Shown here: piece by piece, positions 7,547 to 16,290 of the stretch
How the letters are laid out: every line of letters begins with the position of its first letter
How positions within the stretch are numbered: position 1 is the first letter of the stretch
Source of the DNA: a virus
Direction: 5' to 3' (one strand)
Virus record (IMG/VR): IMGVR_UViG_3300032241_002336
Location: 1 to 64,000 of that record
Length of the DNA: 64,000 nucleotides
Notes under the pieces: model-generated
What the model saw: only the letters and a program-made list of their open reading frames with translations
Told to the model about the DNA's origin: nothing
Database searches by the model: none
Translations under genes and position numbers: made by a program

Positions 7547-7859
7547 TTATTTTATTATTGTTAAAAAAACTGGTGTATTGTCTCCTAACCATGCGCATAG
7601 AATATTATATTCAAAATACTCAAGTGCCATTTCATATTTTATATTTTATATCCTCAATGCTACGACCATCTGTAATGTCGCCATATAAATCAATTGTAGG
7701 TATATCCATTTGACTTTTTAAAATATCTATTGCTTTTTCTATATCATAAGCAACTACAGGCCCTAAATTAATACGTTCCGCCATACCAACAATGGCATCA
7801 TCTAAACCATCATATATTATAGCCTCTGGATTTATTTCAAAAATTTCTTCTCTTGTCAT
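7547..7859 (-). pseudogene. Phage hypothetical gene frameshifted by a 7-nt tandem duplication
   Basis: ATAAAAT x2 (7634-7647); removing one copy fuses ORF 7632..7859 to YEMALEYFEYNILCAWLGDNTPVFLTIIK, whose stop is 1 nt before clpP. Confidence 0.75.
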
Positions 7860-8285
7860 TAATTATTATTTTCAGCATCTTCTTGAGCTTCTTCGGAAAA
7901 TAGTTCTTTTATTAAAGTCTTTAAATTTAAACATTTTTCAGCACCATATTTCAATAATAATAAACTAAAAGTAGAAAAATCTGGATTAATTAATGTTAAT
8001 TTATCCTTTTCAGGATCAAAATAAATTCTCGCAACATATTCTTCAACAATCATATTTTTTTGTTCGGCTTCTAGTTTCTCAAAAATAGCCTCATTCAATA
8101 GAATAATAACATCTTCATTAGTCATATGTTTAAGAATATCTGAGGCCTTACTGACTTTACAGATTTCTTTTAATCTATTGCAACCCAATATTTTAACGTT
8201 TAAATCACGTAATGAGTCAATTTGTGAAATAAAATTAATAAATAGTTCTTCGTGATCTTCAAATACTTCATGATATTTTGCCATA
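7859..8285 (-). CDS. Hypothetical protein (possibly degenerate phage metallopeptidase-like)
   Basis: ORF; likely start at MAKYHE because a TAnnTTTG promoter (8300-8307) overlaps the upstream TTG. Confidence 0.6.
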
Positions 8286-8319
8286 ATATAAATTTTTGTC
8301 AAATATACACAATACTATC

Positions 8320-9351
8320 TTAACTAACAATTTTTTTATTAATTTTTTTTAATTCTTCAATTAAATGTCTTTCCTCGTCAGTAATTTTATTTGGTATATA
8401 TAAATCAAGATTTATAAGCATATCGCCCCTATTATTTGTATTAAGCTGTTTCATGCCTTTTTCTGGTATCTTTAAAGTATCACCAACTTTACTATATTCA
8501 GGTATTTGAATTCTTATTTTACCACCTTCTATTGTAGGTATTTCAACTTTATCACCCAATATTAATTGCGGATAGGTAAGTTTTATATTTATTTTTAAAT
8601 CATTATTACTTCTCACAAATTTATCATTTGGCACTTCTAATATTGCCATAATTAAATCACCAACACCACCATTTTTCACAGCATGACCCTTATTACTCAA
8701 TGCTAAAGTCATATTTTCAACAACACCGCTTGGAATAGTTACATCTACTATTTCATCAATAGAAACAACACCCCCACCATTACATATATTACAAATATTT
8801 TCATATGTAAATCCTTCACCATTACATACATTACATTGACTTGAATTATGTATCTGTCCAATGGGTGTATTTATTATTTGCGTAATTATACCACTACCAT
8901 TACATGTATTACATGATTTACTTCCAGTCCCACCCTTACCACTACAATTACTGCAGTGTGTATTTCTTTTATATTTAAATTTTTTATTTACACCATTAAA
9001 GATTTCTTCAAGGGTTAATTTAACGGTTAAATTTAAATTGGCACCATTTCTTGGCGTAGAATTTCTAGCAAATGGATTAAAGCCACTTCTATTGAAAAAA
9101 TCTTGAAACATATCAAACGGATTTCCTGATGGTCCTTGTCTTGGGATATTATGACCATGAATATCATACTGTTTTCTTTTTTCATCGTCAGACAGTATTT
9201 CATATGCTTCAGCTATTTCCTTAAAAATATTTTCATCACCTCCTTTATCAGGATGATGGGCAAGTGCTTTTTTACGATAAGCTTTTTTTATCTCATCCTG
9301 AGTTGCGGTTTTTGGGACTTCCAATACTTCATAATAATCTCTTTTAGACAT
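8320..9351 (-). CDS. dnaJ: DnaJ chaperone (type I)
   Basis: J domain with HPD, G/F region, four CxxCxGxG repeats, C-terminal domain. Confidence 0.95.
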   Translation of the reverse strand: MSKRDYYEVLEVPKTATQDEIKKAYRKKALAHHPDKGGDENIFKEIAEAYEILSDDEKRKQYDIHGHNIPRQGPSGNPFDMFQDFFNRSGFNPFARNSTPRNGANLNLTVKLTLEEIFNGVNKKFKYKRNTHCSNCSGKGGTGSKSCNTCNGSGIITQIINTPIGQIHNSSQCNVCNGEGFTYENICNICNGGGVVSIDEIVDVTIPSGVVENMTLALSNKGHAVKNGGVGDLIMAILEVPNDKFVRSNNDLKINIKLTYPQLILGDKVEIPTIEGGKIRIQIPEYSKVGDTLKIPEKGMKQLNTNNRGDMLINLDLYIPNKITDEERHLIEELKKINKKIVS

Positions 9352-9400
9352 CTATTGATTTTTTGACAAATATAGATATTTTAACTAAAAAGGAAATATA

Positions 9401-10060
9401 ATGTTATATAGAGTTGTATTGGTAAGCAATGATGAATATAAAAAAACTATTTCTAGAAGTCTAACTAGAGAAACTGCCTTTATTAATTTTAATAAGTTAA
9501 TTGAAAAAAATAAAGAAGTAAAATTCCCTAAAAAATATATTAATACAAATGCCATTCTGCCTGTTAAATTTAAAATTTGTATAACAAAACCGACAGAACC
9601 TAATGATGTATTTAGAACACTTAGGGATAATTTTGGTCGTACTTATATTGAAAAGCCATTGGGTGATTGGACAATTCTTGCTTCTGCAGATTATAATGTA
9701 GAGGAAAAATTTTGGATATACGGACATGATCCTAAAGCAAATAGGCCTACAATTGATGTAATAGTTAAAAAACTAATGCTGGGGGCTTATAAAAAAAATA
9801 TGGTAAAACAAGTCATAGTTGTACATAATAAATTGATAATTTATAATGAAGAACAATTTGATATGGTATTATGCAAATGTATGGATGATGCTCAGCGTTT
9901 ACACCATACATTAGCAAAAATTGCTAAAAAAATGAAAATTAAAAGTCTATTATTTATGGGAACCGCTCAACCCGTAGTAATTAGTCAAATGTATGAAATA
10001 ATTCAACAACATACTAATTGGCCAATGGAAAAAATAAGAAGATATACAACTAGACCATAA
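9401..10060 (+). CDS. Hypothetical protein
   Basis: 219-aa ORF divergent from dnaJ. Confidence 0.75.
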   Translation: MLYRVVLVSNDEYKKTISRSLTRETAFINFNKLIEKNKEVKFPKKYINTNAILPVKFKICITKPTEPNDVFRTLRDNFGRTYIEKPLGDWTILASADYNVEEKFWIYGHDPKANRPTIDVIVKKLMLGAYKKNMVKQVIVVHNKLIIYNEEQFDMVLCKCMDDAQRLHHTLAKIAKKMKIKSLLFMGTAQPVVISQMYEIIQQHTNWPMEKIRRYTTRP

Positions 10061-10246
10061 TTAAAATAGACTCTCTAATTTTTTAACAAATTTTGATATT
10101 TTAATTTCATTTTCGGATATTACTTTTTGAATATGCTGTGGTATATTAGTCACATATTGAGATTTTAATCTTGAATTCTCTCTCTGTAAAACTTCAACTT
10201 GTCTTATACAATCATCATATATTATCGCCTTTTCTTGATTATTCAT
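10061..10246 (-). CDS. Hypothetical coiled-coil protein
   Basis: 61-aa ORF. Confidence 0.6.
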   Translation of the reverse strand: MNNQEKAIIYDDCIRQVEVLQRENSRLKSQYVTNIPQHIQKVISENEIKISKFVKKLESLF

Positions 10247-10258
10247 TTTAATATTTTT

Positions 10259-10546
10259 TTAAATTTGATCTTCTTTAAGATTATCTTCACCGACATTGAA
10301 ATGTTTATTCAAATCTTGAATTATTTTGGAGACTTTTTCCATCTCTATTTTTGGTACAACAACTGGATTAAGACATTCAAGTCGTTCTTCTCCATCTGTT
10401 GGTAGAAAAAATGCGACAGCATTCATTTCTTTAATTTCAATTATATGATTCACCGATTCAACAAATGGATTTATAATTTTACTATTACTCATTAATTCTC
10501 TGTCTAGATAAAAGACTAGTACTAGGGGGTGTTGTTTTTCTGCCAT
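10259..10546 (-). CDS. Hypothetical protein
   Basis: 95-aa ORF. Confidence 0.7.
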   Translation of the reverse strand: MAEKQHPLVLVFYLDRELMSNSKIINPFVESVNHIIEIKEMNAVAFFLPTDGEERLECLNPVVVPKIEMEKVSKIIQDLNKHFNVGEDNLKEDQI

Positions 10547-10550
10547 AAAT

Positions 10551-10757
10551 TTATATTAAATAAAATTTCGTTATTTCCGCTTCTGGGTTATTATTTTTAA
10601 TTATATTAATTCTATTATGCATATTATTTGATCCAAATTCTATATATGCTTCGATGGGAATATTATCTATCATTAAGTAGACTATATATTCAGTTATTAT
10701 CTTCTTTTTATGTTTTGCACTTTTGTATTTATCTATTTCCTTCGATAAAATTGTCAT
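10551..10757 (-). CDS. Hypothetical protein
   Basis: 68-aa ORF. Confidence 0.55.
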   Translation of the reverse strand: MTILSKEIDKYKSAKHKKKIITEYIVYLMIDNIPIEAYIEFGSNNMHNRINIIKNNNPEAEITKFYLI

Positions 10758-10807
10758 AGTTTTAAAATTTAATTAAATCTATTAATTTTATTTCAAAGTG
10801 TAAATAG

Positions 10808-10837
10808 AAAAAGGACTATATTTCTATAGCCCTTTTT
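10808..10837 (-). terminator. Intrinsic terminator after the DUF2828 gene and element D
   Basis: AAAAAGG..TATA/TATA..CCTTTTT hairpin with T-runs. Confidence 0.55.
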
Positions 10838-10852
10838 GATTTAACTTGTTTT

Positions 10853-11030
10853 CAGATTACTGGAGCTTTTTACTTCTAACTCTGTATTGAAGTTTGTTTC
10901 TTAAATATTCTGCTATTGGTAGCTACTTAGTTATTTTTTTACTCCAATAACATTGGCGGAAACAATAATAAAAGACCTTTTTTTATTTAAGCATAGAATT
11001 TAAGTATTTCTGGTTGCTGGATGCAATCTT
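10853..11030 (-). ncRNA. Stem-CAGCAA structured element, copy D (long form)
   Basis: AGATTGCA-TC-CAGCAA...GTAATCT-G; internal helix CTTAAAT..TGCT/AGCA..ATTTAAG; starts 16 nt after the DUF2828 stop. Confidence 0.55.
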
Positions 11031-11046
11031 TAATAAACAAGTTAAT

Positions 11047-12495
11047 TTATATTGTTATCGCACTATAACGTTCACTATTAACAACCTTATTCATCATACT
11101 TAGTGGGGTTAGGTCATCACCGCCTAATAAATTAGTCAACAATGCTGGACTGAATCCGCTAACAAGACATGTCCCTTGTTTATCATATTGAACTGGAAAG
11201 TTTTTATTCCTAGAATTCAAATTCCAATAAACAATTTTAGGCATTTTATAGCCAGAATCAGCATACATGTTTTCAATCATTTCCTGAGCAGTTGGATTCC
11301 AATTGCTATTACCCCAGTATGAACCAGTTGCTGAATCAAATTCCATGTCAGACAATATCAAAATCATCGTAGGCATTTGATCTTTTGGAACATTGTTCTT
11401 AGTTGCTTGTCCTAAAACAAGTTTAAAAACAGCTTCTAGATCAGTATTTCCGTCCCAATCAGCTGTAGCTAATTGATGATATCTCTGACTCAATTTACCA
11501 CTCAAATACTGTAATTTAGGTCTAGCCGAGAATGTAATAAACGCATCTTTAAATAAGCCTTCATTTCTTTCAGAAATATAAAGACCAAGTGAAATACTCA
11601 CATCCATACAAGTGACATTTTTACTGCCACCAGCAGAACAAGACATACTTCCTGATACGTCAACCACTGGTAATAGTCTTTCTGAATTATTTATTAAATA
11701 ATTAGGCAAAGCTAACCATTGAGCATCAGCACCTTTTGATACACCTAGTCTTAGATTTTTAGTGACATCATATGGATATAATGCACCAGCATTAATCTTA
11801 GTCTCGCCTTTTTCAAGACTAGTAAGATACGCTTGAAATCTAGCCAAGTCATTTCTGCTAAAACTCTTCATATAATCAGACATAGCCTTAGAAGGCAATT
11901 TGGAGTACTCAATAGCCTCCCAATTTTTAAAACACATAAGTTGTTCAACCGTATTAGAAAGGCCAACAATGAGCTTCCTATACTCTTTAGGGCTAAGTTT
12001 CATGAAATTATAGATAGCTTTAGCTTGTCTTCTACTTTCTCTGCTACTTACATTTGGTCTTGGGCACCATTTAGCGGCCAATGAATTTTTTGCGTCCAAT
12101 CCTTCCTTTATAAGGGACAGAGCTTCTTTTTCAAGAGAAGTTCCAATCAAGACTAATAGATCATCCCATCTTCCATATTCTGGAAATAATGAAATATTTT
12201 TAACAATAGAATCTTTATGATTTTCAGCAAGATATTTTACAATATCTCTGAATATTTGTCTTTCACCTGCGCCACCTCTGATATCACGTGCCCAGAATAG
12301 GAGCCTAATAGCGGTTAATTGGTTTTCATTATAGGCTTTAACAAAAGTATTAATAAGCAATTGTTTATCTTTTCCACGCATAGCTCCAATCTGGAAAAAT
12401 AAATTAACACAATTGTTTAATGACGAACTGTTAGTTGTCATACCATTTTCCGTAAAAGAATCTCTTGTCTGTAAAGCTTCCAATAATGTTCCCAT
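11047..12495 (-). CDS. DUF2828-family protein (TROVE/Ro60-like helical domain + vWA)
   Basis: TENG, RDIRGGAGER, YGRWDDL, AKWCPR, MIDAS DVSGSM, WDGNTDL, LSDMEFD, IVYWNL, VSGFSP. Confidence 0.85.
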   Translation of the reverse strand: MGTLLEALQTRDSFTENGMTTNSSSLNNCVNLFFQIGAMRGKDKQLLINTFVKAYNENQLTAIRLLFWARDIRGGAGERQIFRDIVKYLAENHKDSIVKNISLFPEYGRWDDLLVLIGTSLEKEALSLIKEGLDAKNSLAAKWCPRPNVSSRESRRQAKAIYNFMKLSPKEYRKLIVGLSNTVEQLMCFKNWEAIEYSKLPSKAMSDYMKSFSRNDLARFQAYLTSLEKGETKINAGALYPYDVTKNLRLGVSKGADAQWLALPNYLINNSERLLPVVDVSGSMSCSAGGSKNVTCMDVSISLGLYISERNEGLFKDAFITFSARPKLQYLSGKLSQRYHQLATADWDGNTDLEAVFKLVLGQATKNNVPKDQMPTMILILSDMEFDSATGSYWGNSNWNPTAQEMIENMYADSGYKMPKIVYWNLNSRNKNFPVQYDKQGTCLVSGFSPALLTNLLGGDDLTPLSMMNKVVNSERYSAITI

Positions 12496-12564
12496 AAAAA
12501 AATAATTTAAGAATGCAAATATACAAAATAATTTTACGTTTTACAAATTTTTTTTAATTTTTTT

Positions 12565-13077
12565 TTAATTTTTTTTTATTTTAAAAGAAGTAATTTTTTT
12601 TAAATCGGATGTTTTAACTAAAAATATTAGGTCTTTTCTCTTTTCTCTCTTATAGAGTTTATTTAGCTTTATTTTTGTTTCTTTATGAATTACATCTGGT
12701 TCCTCTGTAAAATTTATTAATTTAAGGTATTCAACAATTGAAGTTCTTGGTACAAAAAGATAATCGTTTATTGTTTCAAACGCTATAAAATCGGCCATTC
12801 CATATATCCAGCCTTTATTTCCAAGTACATTTTGTATTTCAATCCAATGATAGTCTTCAGTAGGGGTTAAATCACTTCGATGAACTCTTTTCATTGATTT
12901 AACATCAATTTTTTTCCCAATTAATTCTAATTCAGAATAATCACCTAAAAAATCCCAATGTTCATTAATATCCTCTTCTTTTGTCGCTTTTTTTATATTT
13001 TTAAAATAACTTTGGCAATCTAATTCAACAACTTTGCTTGGTTTATATACTATATTTAAATCATTTAATGTAATCAT
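12565..13077 (-). CDS. PD-(D/E)XK nuclease-fold protein (putative)
   Basis: EHWDF...IDVKS, WIEIQNVLGNKGWIYGMADFIAFE. Confidence 0.55.
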   Translation of the reverse strand: MITLNDLNIVYKPSKVVELDCQSYFKNIKKATKEEDINEHWDFLGDYSELELIGKKIDVKSMKRVHRSDLTPTEDYHWIEIQNVLGNKGWIYGMADFIAFETINDYLFVPRTSIVEYLKLINFTEEPDVIHKETKIKLNKLYKREKRKDLIFLVKTSDLKKITSFKIKKN

Positions 13078-13102
13078 AGATTAGCCTATCATATATTTAA
13101 AC

Positions 13103-13327
13103 TTATTTTTTTTTATTGAATTTTATTAATAAACCACCTATTTCCACTTCAAAAAGATCTGTATAAATTACTGGCTCAGATTTAAAATTATTCATATAAA
13201 AAAAATGTTCTTGCATTTTTTTATGGTCAGTTTCATTCAATGAATATTCTAATGATAATCCATTTTTATCAATGTTAGCATTTTCAATTATTTCTGAAAC
13301 AGTTGATATTAATTTATCGTAATTCAT
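13103..13327 (-). CDS. Hypothetical protein
   Basis: 74-aa ORF. Confidence 0.65.
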   Translation of the reverse strand: MNYDKLISTVSEIIENANIDKNGLSLEYSLNETDHKKMQEHFFYMNNFKSEPVIYTDLFEVEIGGLLIKFNKKK

Positions 13328-13549
13328 TTAAAACTTAGTAAATATTTTTTTTAAAAAATTTTTTAATCTGATGATTAAGGGTGTTTTTACTATTTTTATA
13401 GCATTTGGATTTTCTTTTATCTCTTCACCCAATCCATTCTTAATTTCTTTAATAAACTGAACTTTTTTAAAAGCCGTTTTATATTTCTCAACAGCATTTA
13501 TCCTCTCAGTATTTTTTAATTCTTTTAATATAATATCATCGTTTATCAT
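13328..13549 (-). CDS. Hypothetical protein
   Basis: ORF; start probably at MINDD, downstream of the TAnnTTTG at 13562-13569. Confidence 0.6.
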   Translation of the reverse strand: MINDDIILKELKNTERINAVEKYKTAFKKVQFIKEIKNGLGEEIKENPNAIKIVKTPLIIRLKNFLKKIFTKF

Positions 13550-13621
13550 AAAAAATATAAACAAATATACAAATAACTATTTATAAAGTCAAAAAAAACA
13601 ATTAAATTTAAATAAAATTTT

Positions 13622-13948
13622 ATGAACACATTAATTTTTATTCTTATTTGTTACGGAGCCTGTAATAATTTAATTTATGGAAGTATTTTTGAAGGATTCA
13701 GAAATTATTTAACAAAATTTGGTACTAATGGATATAGTATATATAAATTATTCACATGTTTCATGTGTCTAGGCACTTGGATGGGATTTGCCATTTCTGG
13801 AATTTATATTTTATCCGATACACAGACACCACTCAATATATCCAATCCAATATTATCTATTTTCATGCATGGTCTATTATCAGCTGGTGGTGTATGGTTA
13901 ATACATACTTTTCAGGAAGCTTTTGAACGAATGGGGAATAAAAACTAA
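13622..13948 (+). CDS. Membrane protein with CxxCxGxW motif (DUF1360-like)
   Basis: LFTCFMCLGTWMG; three hydrophobic segments. Confidence 0.65.
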   Translation: MNTLIFILICYGACNNLIYGSIFEGFRNYLTKFGTNGYSIYKLFTCFMCLGTWMGFAISGIYILSDTQTPLNISNPILSIFMHGLLSAGGVWLIHTFQEAFERMGNKN

Positions 13949-13955
13949 GGAAATT

Positions 13956-14651
13956 TTATAAGTCTTTTCTATGGATACATTTTGAACAAGCTTCATCTGG
14001 TCCACATTCACACTCTTCGTCCATTACATCAACTTCAGTATTTTTTTTGGGTGGTAATTCGACTTTACTAGCAATTTTCTTTAGTTTTTTATTAAACTTT
14101 TGACTCTCTTTCCATTTTTTAAAATTCTCAGCTCTTTCTTCTTCAGCCAATATTTCTTTATCTTCTTCAGATATTTCTCGTATTTCAGAAATTGAATCGG
14201 TTTCTTGAGTCGGTTCTGCTATAATATTTTTTATTTCATTAGGTTCTTCAGATTCTTTATCCTCTATACTTATATCATCTAAATTTGGAATTAGATCATC
14301 TTCAAGTATAAATTTTAATGTCTTTAATTTACTTAAAGAGTTATCTTTAAAAATTTCTTTAAGTTCATTTACTTTGACCTTTAAAAGTTCAATTTTAAGT
14401 TCTCTTTCAATATTTGCTTTGATTGTTGTTTCTAAATATTGTAATAATTCATCTAGACCAATGCCTTCGGTATCACTGAATATCATAAAATGATTATGTT
14501 CATTCTCAGCTTTAATTCTTTTTATTAATTTTGAATCTGGAACAAACCAACCATCCTTAAATACAGCATCAATGATTGGTATACCTTCTAGATATCTTAT
14601 ACCGATAAGATATGGTTGTAGAGCTTGAAGTGTTTTTTGTAAATCAGACAT
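13956..14651 (-). CDS. Hypothetical protein with C-terminal Cys cluster
   Basis: 231-aa ORF ending CECGPDEACSKC. Confidence 0.7.
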   Translation of the reverse strand: MSDLQKTLQALQPYLIGIRYLEGIPIIDAVFKDGWFVPDSKLIKRIKAENEHNHFMIFSDTEGIGLDELLQYLETTIKANIERELKIELLKVKVNELKEIFKDNSLSKLKTLKFILEDDLIPNLDDISIEDKESEEPNEIKNIIAEPTQETDSISEIREISEEDKEILAEEERAENFKKWKESQKFNKKLKKIASKVELPPKKNTEVDVMDEECECGPDEACSKCIHRKDL

Positions 14652-14654
14652 TAA

Positions 14655-14867
14655 TTAAATTTTAAATCCAGTAAAAAAAGTCATTAGAACATATGAAATG
14701 GATACACCCAATAAAAATAATGACTTATCATTAATTTTATATTTTATTGGTTTTTCTTCAGTAGAAGTAACCCATGTTTGTACAAAATAATAAGAATGTC
14801 TAAATATATTTAATAATGAAAGAATAAATAACAATACTAATATTTTATTAAGTGTATCCAATAACAT
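14655..14867 (-). CDS. Small two-TM membrane protein
   Basis: Two hydrophobic helices. Confidence 0.65.
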   Translation of the reverse strand: MLLDTLNKILVLLFILSLLNIFRHSYYFVQTWVTSTEEKPIKYKINDKSLFLLGVSISYVLMTFFTGFKI

Positions 14868-14870
14868 AAA

Positions 14871-15044
14871 TTAAGCTTTTTTCTGTGCTGAGATATCTAT
14901 CCTAATTGCTTGTGCAAGTGCTTTGATGTCTTGCAAAGATTTTCTTACTCTGACACCAGCCGCTTTATTTCCTTTGTCATAAAATTTAGTAACATCATCT
15001 TTTAAGCTAGTTACTAATGTCTCTAATTCATTAAACTTATCCAT
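14871..15044 (-). CDS. Histone H1-like protein Hc1 family (57 aa)
   Basis: MDKFNELETLVTSLKDDVTKFYDKGNKAAGVRVRKSLQDIKALAQAIRIDISAQKKA; KGNKAAG.R.RK motif; below the ORF-track cutoff. Confidence 0.85.
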   Translation of the reverse strand: MDKFNELETLVTSLKDDVTKFYDKGNKAAGVRVRKSLQDIKALAQAIRIDISAQKKA

Positions 15045-15282
15045 TTTCTTTTTCGTTTAAATTGTCGTTATTATCATTTTTTTGATTACTTTTTAATAAT
15101 TGTTGAAATTTAGCCATCATGATTTCATTAAGAGCCATTTCTTTAAGAGTATCTTTTACATTAAATACTTTAGTATTAATATGAATATTCTCATTAAATT
15201 CTCTCTCCAATTCTTCTTGAAGTTTTAAATTTTCAACAGATAAATCCGCTAGTACGAGATTTACTAATCTTGTTGTGTCCAT
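15037..15282 (-). CDS. Hypothetical protein
   Basis: 81-aa ORF. Confidence 0.65.
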   Translation of the reverse strand: MDTTRLVNLVLADLSVENLKLQEELEREFNENIHINTKVFNVKDTLKEMALNEIMMAKFQQLLKSNQKNDNNDNLNEKENG

Positions 15283-15337
15283 AATTTTAATTTTTTTTAT
15301 AATTTAAAAAAACTTTTATAAAAATCAATAGTAAAAC

Positions 15338-15814
15338 CTATTTTTCTACACTAAGAGTGTTTTCTAATAACTTATATATTTCTATAAGTGTATCAATATC
15401 TGACTTACTTTTTATATTATTATAGTCAAAAATATAATTCCATAATCTTAAAATATTACTATGTATTGTTGGATTTTCTTCTTTTTTATTTAATGGATAA
15501 TATACATCAAACATAAATTCCATAAAATAATTAAAAGTTTTTATATCACCCATTTTAATCCCTTCCTTTTTAAAATTATCTATGTTTTTATCCCAACACC
15601 ATTTAAAATGATTTTTTTGTTGAAAATTATTTGTGAATTCATCACCCATATATGTATTAAAAATTAATGTTATTAAAGACTGAACAAAATCATTAAATAA
15701 TTCACATTTTTCATATCTAATATTATTGGCGTTATACAATAACATTATATTTTCTTTACCCATGGGCGTATTAATATAATTCAACAGTTCCAATGTTTTA
15801 TTTTTATTTGTCAT
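15338..15814 (-). CDS. Hypothetical protein
   Basis: 158-aa ORF (TYMGD, HFKWCW motifs). Confidence 0.75.
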   Translation of the reverse strand: MTNKNKTLELLNYINTPMGKENIMLLYNANNIRYEKCELFNDFVQSLITLIFNTYMGDEFTNNFQQKNHFKWCWDKNIDNFKKEGIKMGDIKTFNYFMEFMFDVYYPLNKKEENPTIHSNILRLWNYIFDYNNIKSKSDIDTLIEIYKLLENTLSVEK

Positions 15815-15895
15815 TTTAAAAACATAGTTATTTTTATTTAAAAATAAATATTAAATAATTTATAACTAAATCTAATAATAAATATTATACTAAAT

Positions 15896-15925
15896 TAAAA
15901 ACCCCATAAAATTATGGGGTTTTTA
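15896..15925. terminator. Intrinsic terminator
   Basis: TAAAAACCCCATAA/TTATGGGGTTTTTA, 2 nt after the stop at 15928. Confidence 0.75.
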
Positions 15926-15927
15926 AA

Positions 15928-16290
15928 TTATATATCTTTAGTAGTTTTGCCTTTTGGTTTAACCGTATTCATATAAAAAGTTGCCATTTTATGAGCAGAT
16001 GTATTATCGCTAGCCATTGCTTTTTTAGCACATGAAATTGAAGGGCCTTCAAATCCATTCTTTTTACACCATGTAGTAAATTTACCCTTTTCTATTTCCT
16101 CATCTACTTTTTTCTTTTCAGGAAATAATTTGTTAAGATCCGCATTAACTTTTGTCTTTTTTACCTCTGGTGATTTAAAAAAATCACTTGTTTTTTCTTC
16201 AGATTTTTTATTTTCATTTATATCAAAATAATCATCAAAAGATTCTTGGATAAAAAATTCAGGATCTTTATTAACTATTGTTTTTTTTTT
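15928..16290 (-). CDS. Start-less -1 frame extension of the 16275..17657 protein
   Basis: Open frame TIVNKDPEFFIQESFDDYF...KGKFTTWCKKNGFEGPSISCAKKAMASD...KDI-stop entered from the A10 run at 16281-16290. Confidence 0.65.
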   Translation of the reverse strand, partial: KKKTIVNKDPEFFIQESFDDYFDINENKKSEEKTSDFFKSPEVKKTKVNADLNKLFPEKKKVDEEIEKGKFTTWCKKNGFEGPSISCAKKAMASDNTSAHKMATFYMNTVKPKGKTTKDI

